From NCBI GenBank assembly GCA_964449775.1, contig CAYVBQ010000010.1, positions 13,654 to 77,653 on the forward strand: a DNA stretch of 64,000 bases, in the 5' to 3' direction. The stretch is from an uncultured Melioribacter sp. Lineage in GTDB: Bacteria > Bacteroidota > Ignavibacteria > Ignavibacteriales > Melioribacteraceae. Made by a program: the position numbers and the translations under genes. Shown here one piece after another: positions 53,755-61,253 of the stretch (position 1 is the first letter of the stretch; the number at the start of each line of letters is the position of its first letter). Below the pieces are notes generated by a model. The model worked only from the letters and a program-made list of their open reading frames with translations. It was not told the origin of the DNA and did no database searches.

Positions 53755-53827
53755 TTGTTCATAGGTCGCCAAGGATCACTCTTTGACGAGAGTAATAATA
53801 ATTCAGTCAAGGTATGGACCTTGACTG
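53755..53827 (+). repeat. 73-bp double-hairpin repeat, copy R2
   Basis: Same element as R1. Here hairpin 2 (CAGTCAAGG-TATGGA-CCTTGACTG) is perfect and hairpin 1 is degraded. It ends 30 nt before the next gene. Confidence 0.8.
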
Positions 53828-53857
53828 CCAGGAAAAAGATAATAAATCGTAAATAAG

Positions 53858-54253
53858 ATGGAGAGTACAATGTTAGTTTATTTCTTACTTTGGTTTCCAC
53901 TCGTAATAATTGCAATTATCAATGGCGCATTGCGCGAAGGAGTTTACAAAAAATCTTTGGGCGATCTGTTAGCGCATCAAATATCAACGGTCACCGGCAT
54001 AATTATTTTCGGAATATATTTCTGGGTTATCTTTAATTACTGGAAAATCGAATCATCAAATCAAGCTCTTCTTATTGGATTAATGTGGTTTTGTCTAACA
54101 GAAGCATTTGAATTTCTTGCCGGGCATTACATATTTAAAAATTCGTGGGAAAAAATATTACACGACTATAATATATTTAAAGGTCGGGTGTGGATTCTAA
54201 TTCCTATTTGGGTAGGTGTAGCTCCCTACTTGTTCTATAAATTAATTTCTTAA
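53858..54253 (+). CDS. hypothetical 4-TM membrane protein (131 aa)
   Basis: Four hydrophobic helices are visible and I recognise no motif. It ends 19 nt upstream of the EEP gene. Confidence 0.65.
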   Translation: MESTMLVYFLLWFPLVIIAIINGALREGVYKKSLGDLLAHQISTVTGIIIFGIYFWVIFNYWKIESSNQALLIGLMWFCLTEAFEFLAGHYIFKNSWEKILHDYNIFKGRVWILIPIWVGVAPYLFYKLIS

Positions 54254-54272
54254 ACAAACTAAGGGGTTGAAA

Positions 54273-55088
54273 ATGGCAAAGCTATTTTCAGTATTATCGT
54301 GGAATGTAGAACATTTCAAAGGAGAAGTAAAAAAGCGAGTTGATGATGTTACCGCGCTGATAAAAAAAGTTAATCCGGATGTTTTTGCTCTTTACGAAGT
54401 TGAAGGCAAAGAAGTTTTCAGTTCGTTAACCAAGAGTTTGCCCAACTACAGCTTTCATATCACAGAAGGTCCGCAGACGCAAGAAATTTTAGTTTCAGCT
54501 AAAAATAGTTTTACATCCTTCTTCACACAAAAATTGGAATTCAAATCCGGCAACCAATACTTAAGACCGGGTGCATTGTTGACGGTAACAATATCAAATC
54601 AAAATTATACTATGTTATTTCTTCATACAAAAAGCGGAACGGATCCGTTAGGACTCGGTTTACGTGATGACATGTTCAAACGGGCTTGTGAGTTTAGAAT
54701 GGTTCTAGATAAAAAAGCGAGCGGTAAATGGGAATCTAAATATCTATTCCTCGGCGATTTGAATACTATGGGAATGGAGTATCCTTACGGCAAAGCAATA
54801 GATGCTGAAACAGAAATAAAAAAACTTGCCGAAAAAGAAGCTAAAAAAGTCAAGATGAGAATTCTAAAGAAAGATGAACCCGCCAGTTGGTGGAATGGAA
54901 GTAAGTCTAAAATTCCCCCGTCAAATCTTGATCAGGTGATCGCGTCTGATAATCTGAAATTCAAAATGTATAAAGATGCTGAAATAACAGTTCTAGGATG
55001 GCCGAAAGAATCAACTACAGAGAAAAAAGATGAGTGGATCAAACGTTATTCCGATCACGGAATTCTTTACTTTGAAATTCTGAAGTAG
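54273..55088 (+). CDS. endonuclease/exonuclease/phosphatase (EEP, DNase I-like) family protein
   Basis: All EEP catalytic blocks appear intact: SWNVEHF, ALYEVEG, LFLHTKS, LGDLNT, LDQVIAS, YSDHG. There is no signal peptide. AAGGGG lies 6 nt upstream of ATG 54273. Confidence 0.82.
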   Translation: MAKLFSVLSWNVEHFKGEVKKRVDDVTALIKKVNPDVFALYEVEGKEVFSSLTKSLPNYSFHITEGPQTQEILVSAKNSFTSFFTQKLEFKSGNQYLRPGALLTVTISNQNYTMLFLHTKSGTDPLGLGLRDDMFKRACEFRMVLDKKASGKWESKYLFLGDLNTMGMEYPYGKAIDAETEIKKLAEKEAKKVKMRILKKDEPASWWNGSKSKIPPSNLDQVIASDNLKFKMYKDAEITVLGWPKESTTEKKDEWIKRYSDHGILYFEILK

Positions 55089-55259
55089 GATAGAATTAGA
55101 GATATACGTGATTTATTAGTACCTCCAGGCAATCATTTAGAAATATTAAAAGGAAACCGTAAAGGACAACATAGCATTCGAATAAACAATCAATGGCGCG
55201 TCTGTTTTGAATGGTCTGATAATAACGCATCGAATGTAGAAATTGTAGATTATCATTAG
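55089..55259 (+). pseudogene. higB: 5-prime-truncated higB (RelE/ParE-superfamily killer protein) remnant
   Basis: The 56 start-less codons DRIRDIRDLLVPPGNHLEILKGNRKGQHSIRINNQWRVCFEWSDNNASNVEIVDYH* match the C-terminal two thirds of HigB. The open frame begins directly after the EEP TAG stop, in the same frame. Confidence 0.7.
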
Positions 55260-55270
55260 GAGAAATCTAA

Positions 55271-55573
55271 ATGAAAACAAAAATTGAACCACTACACCCT
55301 GGCGAGATTCTTTTAGAAGAATTTTTGAAGCCAATCAGTCTCAGTCAAAATAAATTGGCGCTTGATATAAAAGTTCCACCGCGTAGAATAAATGAAATCG
55401 TCCAGGGGAAAAGAAGAATTACAGCAGATACGGCATTGAGGTTGTCAAAGTATTTTAATATGTCTCCACAATTCTGGTTAGGATTACAAATGGATTATGA
55501 CCTCGATGTTACCAAAGATGGGTTGAAAAATAGGTTGGAAAAAGAAGTTAAATCTTACCGTGCTACCGCTTAG
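55271..55573 (+). CDS. higA: HigA family antitoxin (XRE-type HTH)
   Basis: The segments HPGEILLEEFL.P..LSQNKLA..I.VP..RINEIV.GKR.ITADTALRLSKYF and SPQFWL are present. Confidence 0.9.
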   Translation: MKTKIEPLHPGEILLEEFLKPISLSQNKLALDIKVPPRRINEIVQGKRRITADTALRLSKYFNMSPQFWLGLQMDYDLDVTKDGLKNRLEKEVKSYRATA

Positions 55574-55619
55574 GATTAAATTGTTTTTAAAGATTGCTCT
55601 AATTCTACAACTGAAATAA

Positions 55620-56171
55620 TTATATCATCTCGCTCAGTAATTCCGGTCTAGGTTGAGGGATTACAACTTTATTTACGAGCAATCCTTTATCTGAAATTAC
55701 TTTAGCGCCGGATTCAACAGCGCTCGTAACAGCGGCAACTTCTCCGGTTAATGTGCAGAATGCTTTTCCGCCAAGTGCCATAGCGAGACGAATTTCAATA
55801 ATTCTAACGTTAGCAGCTTTTACAGCGGCATCAGCTCCCTCTATTAGTGAAGCCACAGAAAATGATTCAATAATTCCTAACGCTTCAAGCAGAGTAACAT
55901 CAGAATGTCCCGATAGCGCAGGGAAAATATCCGGATGAACATTGGGAATAACAAACGTATCGATCACAGCAAAATCAATTTGGTTTGCAGCGGCATCAAC
56001 AGATGCTTGAACTGCCGCAACTTCTCCGCCGATCAGGACAATATATTTTCCCGAGCAAATCGTGCGTGATAGTATCAGTTCAACTTGAGAAGTTTTCAAC
56101 ATAATATCGGCAGCTTGCATTCCGGCAGCAATGCTTGTCATTTCAATTAAGCCGAGTGAATTCATTTCCAT
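55620..56171 (-). CDS. pduT: tandem-BMC-domain shell protein, PduT-like (BMC-T)
   Basis: A 183-aa protein with two BMC (Pfam00936-like) halves. It is colinear with Salmonella PduT as I recall it (LGLIEMTSIAAGM..D.MLK, TICSGKY with the pore Cys, ALGIIESFSVASLIEGADAAVKAANV). Confidence 0.85.
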   Translation of the reverse strand: MEMNSLGLIEMTSIAAGMQAADIMLKTSQVELILSRTICSGKYIVLIGGEVAAVQASVDAAANQIDFAVIDTFVIPNVHPDIFPALSGHSDVTLLEALGIIESFSVASLIEGADAAVKAANVRIIEIRLAMALGGKAFCTLTGEVAAVTSAVESGAKVISDKGLLVNKVVIPQPRPELLSEMI

Positions 56172-56249
56172 TTATTGTTCCTTTATATTTTAATAGAACG
56201 TAGATGGCGCTGATCAAGTCGATTTTCACTTAGTGAACTTAGATCATTA

Positions 56250-56335
56250 ATCTGTGTAAATCCGTTTACCCCGTGGAATAGCATTTGTGTTTTTGAAACA
56301 ATTTGATTCTTAATTTATTCCACGGGGTGAATCCG
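56250..56335 (+). repeat. 86-nt dispersed element, copy 2
   Basis: It differs from 51795-51880 at 2 positions. It is nested inside a larger inverted repeat, AATAGAACG..GCTGATCA (about 56193-56217) / TCATCAGCGTTCTATT (about 56339-56354). Confidence 0.9.
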
Positions 56336-56394
56336 TGTCATCAGCGTTCTATTTCATTTGTAAGCCAACTATAAAAAGTCTAAATAATGATTGA

Positions 56395-56498
56395 GTCATT
56401 CTGAGAGCAGCGAAGAATCTTATTTTTTGTTATGAAATCGTTAGATTCTTCAGTCGCGGAGTTCATCCTGAAGAATTGAAGGGCTCCATCAGAATGAC
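56395..56498. repeat. REP-like hairpin (GTCATTCTGAG ... TCAGAATGAC)
   Basis: A perfect 10-bp terminal IR is present, plus the inner complementarity GCGAAGAATCT/AGATTCTTC. Confidence 0.75.
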
Positions 56499-56528
56499 AA
56501 ATTAATGTCTATAGAGTGAACTCCTTTA

Positions 56529-57842
56529 TTATTTGCTAATCCTCACAAACTCATCAGAAACGTGAGTGATTCTTCCGGAAATTGATGCGTGAATTTTTGC
56601 ACCAAGCACGCCTTCTTCAACATCGGCAATCAGTTGTCCATCTTGAACCGCTTCGCCAAGTTTAACAATTGATTTTGCCGGAACTCCGATGTGTTGTTTC
56701 AATAAAATCTTTACTTGAGATACTTGCGGAGAATTTATTGTGAACGGAGTGTGCGCATTATATTTTAAAAGATCCATCCGCTTCATTAATTGTTTCAGCG
56801 GTACGCGTCTTCCCTCTTTTATCGGATGAACTTTCACCGGTTTCTGCTGCTCATATCGCGTTCCCAATTTTCTATTTTCTGCTTTACTCTGATCACATGC
56901 CTCGCGGGGATATAAATCTTCCGGACAAGCGTAGAGAGAACACAATCCGCATGAACAACATAGATCGGCGTATTGATTCCATACTGCGTTACCTGTTGTT
57001 GTAAATCCGAGTGAACGCATTACCTTATGCGGTTGAACGTCATAACCTAATAGATAACGCGGACAAAGCTCTGTGCAATAGCTGCATTGATCGCATGCTG
57101 ATTTCCCAATTCTATTTTTAGCTTCAATCGGTCTATTTGTTCTGTTGACAAGATAATGATCGGCTGGAAGAATAATAATTCCTGCAGTAGTTTTTGTAAC
57201 CACTTCAGATAAATCGAATGTTAACTTGCCCATTAATATCCCGCTAACAAAAACTCCGAAGTTCGAAACTGTAGCACCACCGGCATGATCCAAAAGTTCT
57301 TTGAGACTCGTACCAATGGGAACAAAAAACGATGATGGATTTTTTACACATCCTGCAACGCATACAAATTTCTGCGTGACAGGTTTGTCTTCAATCGCTC
57401 TTGTGATGTTGTAAAATGTTTCAACATTGTTAACAACACACCCAACATCGAGTGGAAGACCGTGAGGAGGTATTAATCTTTTAGTTGCAGCGTAAACCAG
57501 CTCATATTCATCTCCGCTCGGATAGAAATCACCAAGAAGACATGTTTCAATTTTCCCGTTTGAATAACTACTCTCAATGGCTTCAATTGCAAGACTATTT
57601 TTTGCTTTTATACCGAAGTAGGATTTTTTTGCCGAAGTTTGTTTTGTCATCCACTCAACACCATTAACAATTTCCGGTGCAAAGTTTTTCATCAACTCAT
57701 AATCTTTGTGAATCAACGGCTCACATTCGGCGCCATTCACTAATACATATTCAACTTTAGATTTTGCTTTTATGTGTGTTGGAAATCCCGCACCTCCGGC
57801 TCCAACAACACCTGCATCAAATATTTTTTGGACGAGATCCAT
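56529..57842 (-). CDS. pduS: PduS-like flavin/Fe-S oxidoreductase (RnfC/NuoF-fold, SLBB, 2x 4Fe-4S, C-terminal RnfC_N-like barrel)
   Basis: The segments GVVGAGGAGFPTHIK and VNGAECEPL are present, with Cys clusters CDQCSYCTELCP and CCSCGLCSLYACP. The C-terminal LKQHIGVPA..GQLIADV..LGAKIHASISG matches the PduS domain order as I recall it. Confidence 0.85.
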   Translation of the reverse strand: MDLVQKIFDAGVVGAGGAGFPTHIKAKSKVEYVLVNGAECEPLIHKDYELMKNFAPEIVNGVEWMTKQTSAKKSYFGIKAKNSLAIEAIESSYSNGKIETCLLGDFYPSGDEYELVYAATKRLIPPHGLPLDVGCVVNNVETFYNITRAIEDKPVTQKFVCVAGCVKNPSSFFVPIGTSLKELLDHAGGATVSNFGVFVSGILMGKLTFDLSEVVTKTTAGIIILPADHYLVNRTNRPIEAKNRIGKSACDQCSYCTELCPRYLLGYDVQPHKVMRSLGFTTTGNAVWNQYADLCCSCGLCSLYACPEDLYPREACDQSKAENRKLGTRYEQQKPVKVHPIKEGRRVPLKQLMKRMDLLKYNAHTPFTINSPQVSQVKILLKQHIGVPAKSIVKLGEAVQDGQLIADVEEGVLGAKIHASISGRITHVSDEFVRISK

Positions 57843-59079
57843 ATTCTCCGTTTCGTTTTATAACAACAATTGTTTTGTCATCTTGATATTTACTTTCGTT
57901 AGTGCTGAACTTAATTACATCTTCTAAAATTGTTGCTGCAATTTCTTTGGGTGACAAATTAACACTATCCAAAACAACTTGCCGTAACTTATCGTCACCG
58001 TAAAATTCAAATTTATCATTTGCTGCTTCAACAACACCATCAGAATAAATAACCAGAACATCACCGTTGTAAAAATTGATGCTGTCTGTTTCGAATTTTG
58101 AATTTGGAGTAGGACCAAGCAGCGGACCGGTCGGGTTGAGAAGAACTATATCTCCAATCTTTTTTCGATAAAACAACGGCGGATTCTGTCCGGCATTTGC
58201 ATAAAGGAATAATCCCTTTTTATCATTGGATAATTCACCGTAGAACAAAGAAGTGAATTTGTCATCGCTGAAAATTTTATTGATGAGCTGATTCATTCGG
58301 AACATCATCGGCGATATTTTGATCTGGAAAGTACTTGCCATTCTCATTGCGCCGGAAATATACATTGCTTCGGCTGCAGCACCTAATCCTTTTGATGCAG
58401 CGTCTCCCATCAATATACCAAGCCGGTCTTCACCATCGCCAACTTTTAGATAATCATAAAAATCACCGCCGACAATCTGCGCCGGTAATGTAACGCCAAA
58501 AATATCGTAGAAGTGAAAACGGTATTCGTGTTCCGGGAGAATACTTCTTTGGATTTCTTTTGCCTTGTCAATATCTTCTATAAGATTTTTTCTGGATTGA
58601 TGAAGATATCTCTCATTTAGTTTGGAAGTAAGTACTGTCGCAACAATGTTTAACGTGTCCCGAAGATCATCTCCGAGCATCTCGCTATTCACTGCTAAGA
58701 GATATTCATAAAATTTTTTATCTCCTATTTTTATTTTCCTTCCAACGCCACTCGCAGAGTATTTCAAAATTCCCTTACTTATAAGAGTTTTATTTGTCTC
58801 ATCAGCTAATATTGTTCTTTCAACTGCAATCCGTTCAAAAAGAGGATAATCTTTTATATCAAGTAAAAAATCCGTACTAATCTTTGAAACTTTTCCTGTT
58901 TGAAATAACAGACTGTAAGATTTTTTGCGGACGTTCAATTTCCAAATACGTCCGCCCGTAAGTTTTATCTGTTCATTACTGATTATCTGTCTAACAACTT
59001 CAGCAAGAAGCTCTTCATCCGATGCTAAAGTTTTGGATGCTACTGTTTCAATTGTCCTATATAGTTTTCTTTGATCCAT
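57817..59079 (-). CDS. GAF-like sensor plus PP2C/SpoIIE-family serine phosphatase
   Basis: The PP2C blocks GGDFYDY, LGILMGDAASKG, SDGVVEA and DDKTIVVIK are present. The first 170 residues or so are GAF-like. Its 3-prime end overlaps the pduS start by 26 nt. Confidence 0.85.
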   Translation of the reverse strand: MDQRKLYRTIETVASKTLASDEELLAEVVRQIISNEQIKLTGGRIWKLNVRKKSYSLLFQTGKVSKISTDFLLDIKDYPLFERIAVERTILADETNKTLISKGILKYSASGVGRKIKIGDKKFYEYLLAVNSEMLGDDLRDTLNIVATVLTSKLNERYLHQSRKNLIEDIDKAKEIQRSILPEHEYRFHFYDIFGVTLPAQIVGGDFYDYLKVGDGEDRLGILMGDAASKGLGAAAEAMYISGAMRMASTFQIKISPMMFRMNQLINKIFSDDKFTSLFYGELSNDKKGLFLYANAGQNPPLFYRKKIGDIVLLNPTGPLLGPTPNSKFETDSINFYNGDVLVIYSDGVVEAANDKFEFYGDDKLRQVVLDSVNLSPKEIAATILEDVIKFSTNESKYQDDKTIVVIKRNGEYGSRPKNI

Positions 59080-59087
59080 CTTAATTA

Positions 59088-60356
59088 TTATTCCGAATAT
59101 TGGTTGATCAAATTAATTAATACATCTTTACACACTTGATTAAATTCATTTGATGTGAATGAATTCATGATACTGTTGAATGTTGGACGATATACGCCTT
59201 TGGCAACGTAGCCGCCTCCTTCAAATACTCCAATTTTATTTTTATACTTATCCTCGACCGGTGTTGGTATTGGTGTTCCGGGTTCAATTAAATTTTTCCA
59301 TTTGCTATCGAAGTCGACCATCGTGGATAAATTCGGCTCCCATGGTTCAACGTCAATTGGATACATATTCTGATAGGTATTATCATTGCCATATTCATCA
59401 GCAAGACCGGCAAGCCCATGCGCGAACTCATGAACGAAAACTTGATTGGCTGCTTTATTATCAACCCCCGTCATTGAATAATAATTGTAAACAGCTCCAC
59501 CACCATATTTATCAGTGTTGACCAGAATATATATTTGATCGTAAGGTGCGTTTGCTGCTATGTCACGGACTGTGTGATAATCAGTCGTCATCAAGTAGCG
59601 CTCACTATCAAAAGTATAAAACCGGGAGTTGAGTAAAGTCTGTTTCCAAATATTTTTGCCGGGAATATCAGTTCCGGATTCACTTGAAGGCGCTCCAATT
59701 CCCCAAATATTTATTTTCTCTTTGTTTTCTTGAAACGGTGAATAATCGAACAAGTATCCTGCAAATCGTGCGCAGTCGTTATGGAATTTCTCCATTTCAG
59801 TTTTTGAGTATCCTTCCGGAATGAAGACGATATCAAGTTTGGATGATGGATCGCCTGAGTAATGTACTTTAAAATTATCGAAAGGTTTTATTCTTTCGCT
59901 TATAATGAAATAATTTTTTGGATCAACAGTATATTCGAATTTCTTTTCAAAAATATTCTTTCTGTCCCTCTTATAAATTTCTATTCGAATATTGTTTTTC
60001 GGGAATGGTAAAAGAACAGATCCAGAAAAAGAGCGCAATGTTGTCTTGGATTCTTCCGTAGTTTGCCACTCCTGGTATAGAGTAGAAAATCCTCTCGAAA
60101 AAATTAATTGGTTTGAAGCAGTATCAAAAACTTTAAAGAAATAATTTCCATAGCCAAAATTGTCGATAAGGTTCTTCTTTGAACCACTCCATTGTCCTTC
60201 CTTTACCATTTTATCGAATGAAATTACTTCAGTTGCCCTATCACCTGTATGATAAAAATCGAATCGAAGCGTCTGATCGTCAAAGTAATCATCAAATTTA
60301 ATTTGTGCATTGACAGTTATTACGAAACATAATAATAGAGAAAATAACTTTTTCAT
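59088..60356 (-). CDS. M64 (IgA peptidase-like) family metallopeptidase, secreted
   Basis: It has a signal peptide MKKLFSLLLCFVITVNAQ and a zinc motif HEFAHGLAGLADEY. I prefer the ATG at 60356 with GAGGA upstream over the TTG at 60371. Confidence 0.85.
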   Translation of the reverse strand: MKKLFSLLLCFVITVNAQIKFDDYFDDQTLRFDFYHTGDRATEVISFDKMVKEGQWSGSKKNLIDNFGYGNYFFKVFDTASNQLIFSRGFSTLYQEWQTTEESKTTLRSFSGSVLLPFPKNNIRIEIYKRDRKNIFEKKFEYTVDPKNYFIISERIKPFDNFKVHYSGDPSSKLDIVFIPEGYSKTEMEKFHNDCARFAGYLFDYSPFQENKEKINIWGIGAPSSESGTDIPGKNIWKQTLLNSRFYTFDSERYLMTTDYHTVRDIAANAPYDQIYILVNTDKYGGGAVYNYYSMTGVDNKAANQVFVHEFAHGLAGLADEYGNDNTYQNMYPIDVEPWEPNLSTMVDFDSKWKNLIEPGTPIPTPVEDKYKNKIGVFEGGGYVAKGVYRPTFNSIMNSFTSNEFNQVCKDVLINLINQYSE

Positions 60357-60375
60357 TTTTGAAGTCCTCAAAATA

Positions 60376-60954
60376 TTACGGTTTTACTTTTCTAGAACCC
60401 GGTTTAATTGCAGGAATGTTTTGTTTACACAAAGGACATTCTTCAGAGTTGTAAGAGACCACCTCTAATTGCAAAGTGCTGAACTGTGGGACATTGAACT
60501 GAACTTTATTATTACTTCTGTCAACTATGTAACCAACACCCGCAACAATACCGCCATTGTTCCTTATGATCTCCATAACCTCAAAAACAGAACCGCCGGT
60601 TGTTACAACATCCTCGCAAACTAAATATTTTTTCCCTTCTTCAATTTGAAAGCCGCGGCGGAGTGTTAGAATTTTGTCTTCCCGCTCAGCGAAGATTGAT
60701 TTCTTACTCAGTAATCTCGCAACTTCCTGTCCTACGATAATACCTCCAATTGCCGGCGAAATTACCACATCAATTTCTGTGTTTATAAAGTGATCGGCTA
60801 TCTTTCGACAAATAATTTCATTGTAATCAGTATACTGAAGAACTTGAGCACATTGAAAATATTGGTTGCTGTGTCTGCCTGAAGTCAATAAAAAATGCCC
60901 ATTCAACAGGGCATTTGTCCTAAGAAAAATTTCTAAAATGTTTTGATCTTTCAT
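60376..60954 (-). CDS. pyrE: orotate phosphoribosyltransferase
   Basis: It carries the PRPP-binding loop [12 protein letters not shown] and is 192 aa long. Confidence 0.9.
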   Translation of the reverse strand: MKDQNILEIFLRTNALLNGHFLLTSGRHSNQYFQCAQVLQYTDYNEIICRKIADHFINTEIDVVISPAIGGIIVGQEVARLLSKKSIFAEREDKILTLRRGFQIEEGKKYLVCEDVVTTGGSVFEVMEIIRNNGGIVAGVGYIVDRSNNKVQFNVPQFSTLQLEVVSYNSEECPLCKQNIPAIKPGSRKVKP

Positions 60955-61235
60955 TGTCTGATTGTGTCAATTGTTTGTGCGAGATTGAAATCGTTTTCAG
61001 TAACCCCGCCCTCGCTATGAGTTGATAAAGTTATTTTGAGTTTATTCCATGAATGAAGGAGCAAATCCGGATGATGTTCCAATTTTTCAGCTTCAAACCC
61101 AACCTTTACTAAAAAGGCAACCGCATCAATAAAACTTTTTAGCTTAAACTCCTTTACAATAGAGCCATCAATGTAAAACCAGCCGTTAAGAATTTCTAAT
61201 TTTTCTTTTATCTCTTCAGAGTTAAGTAGCTTCAT
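60951..61235 (-). CDS. phhB: pterin-4-alpha-carbinolamine dehydratase
   Basis: A 94-aa protein with LNGW and the EHHPDL motif. Confidence 0.88.
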   Translation of the reverse strand: MKLLNSEEIKEKLEILNGWFYIDGSIVKEFKLKSFIDAVAFLVKVGFEAEKLEHHPDLLLHSWNKLKITLSTHSEGGVTENDFNLAQTIDTIRQ

Positions 61236-61253
61236 TTAAATATCTTCTCAGTT

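Noticed and set aside
52914-53827. Integron attC sites flanking a TA cassette
   Set aside because: The repeats lack the RYYYAAC/GTTRRRY core sites and fold as two separate hairpins rather than one long bulged stem. No intI gene or third site is visible. I kept this as a finding only in the generic sense of cassette-boundary repeats.
55086-55088. Programmed TAG readthrough or pyrrolysine joining EEP to HigB
   Set aside because: There are no pyl genes or recoding signals in view. A recombination scar is the simpler explanation.
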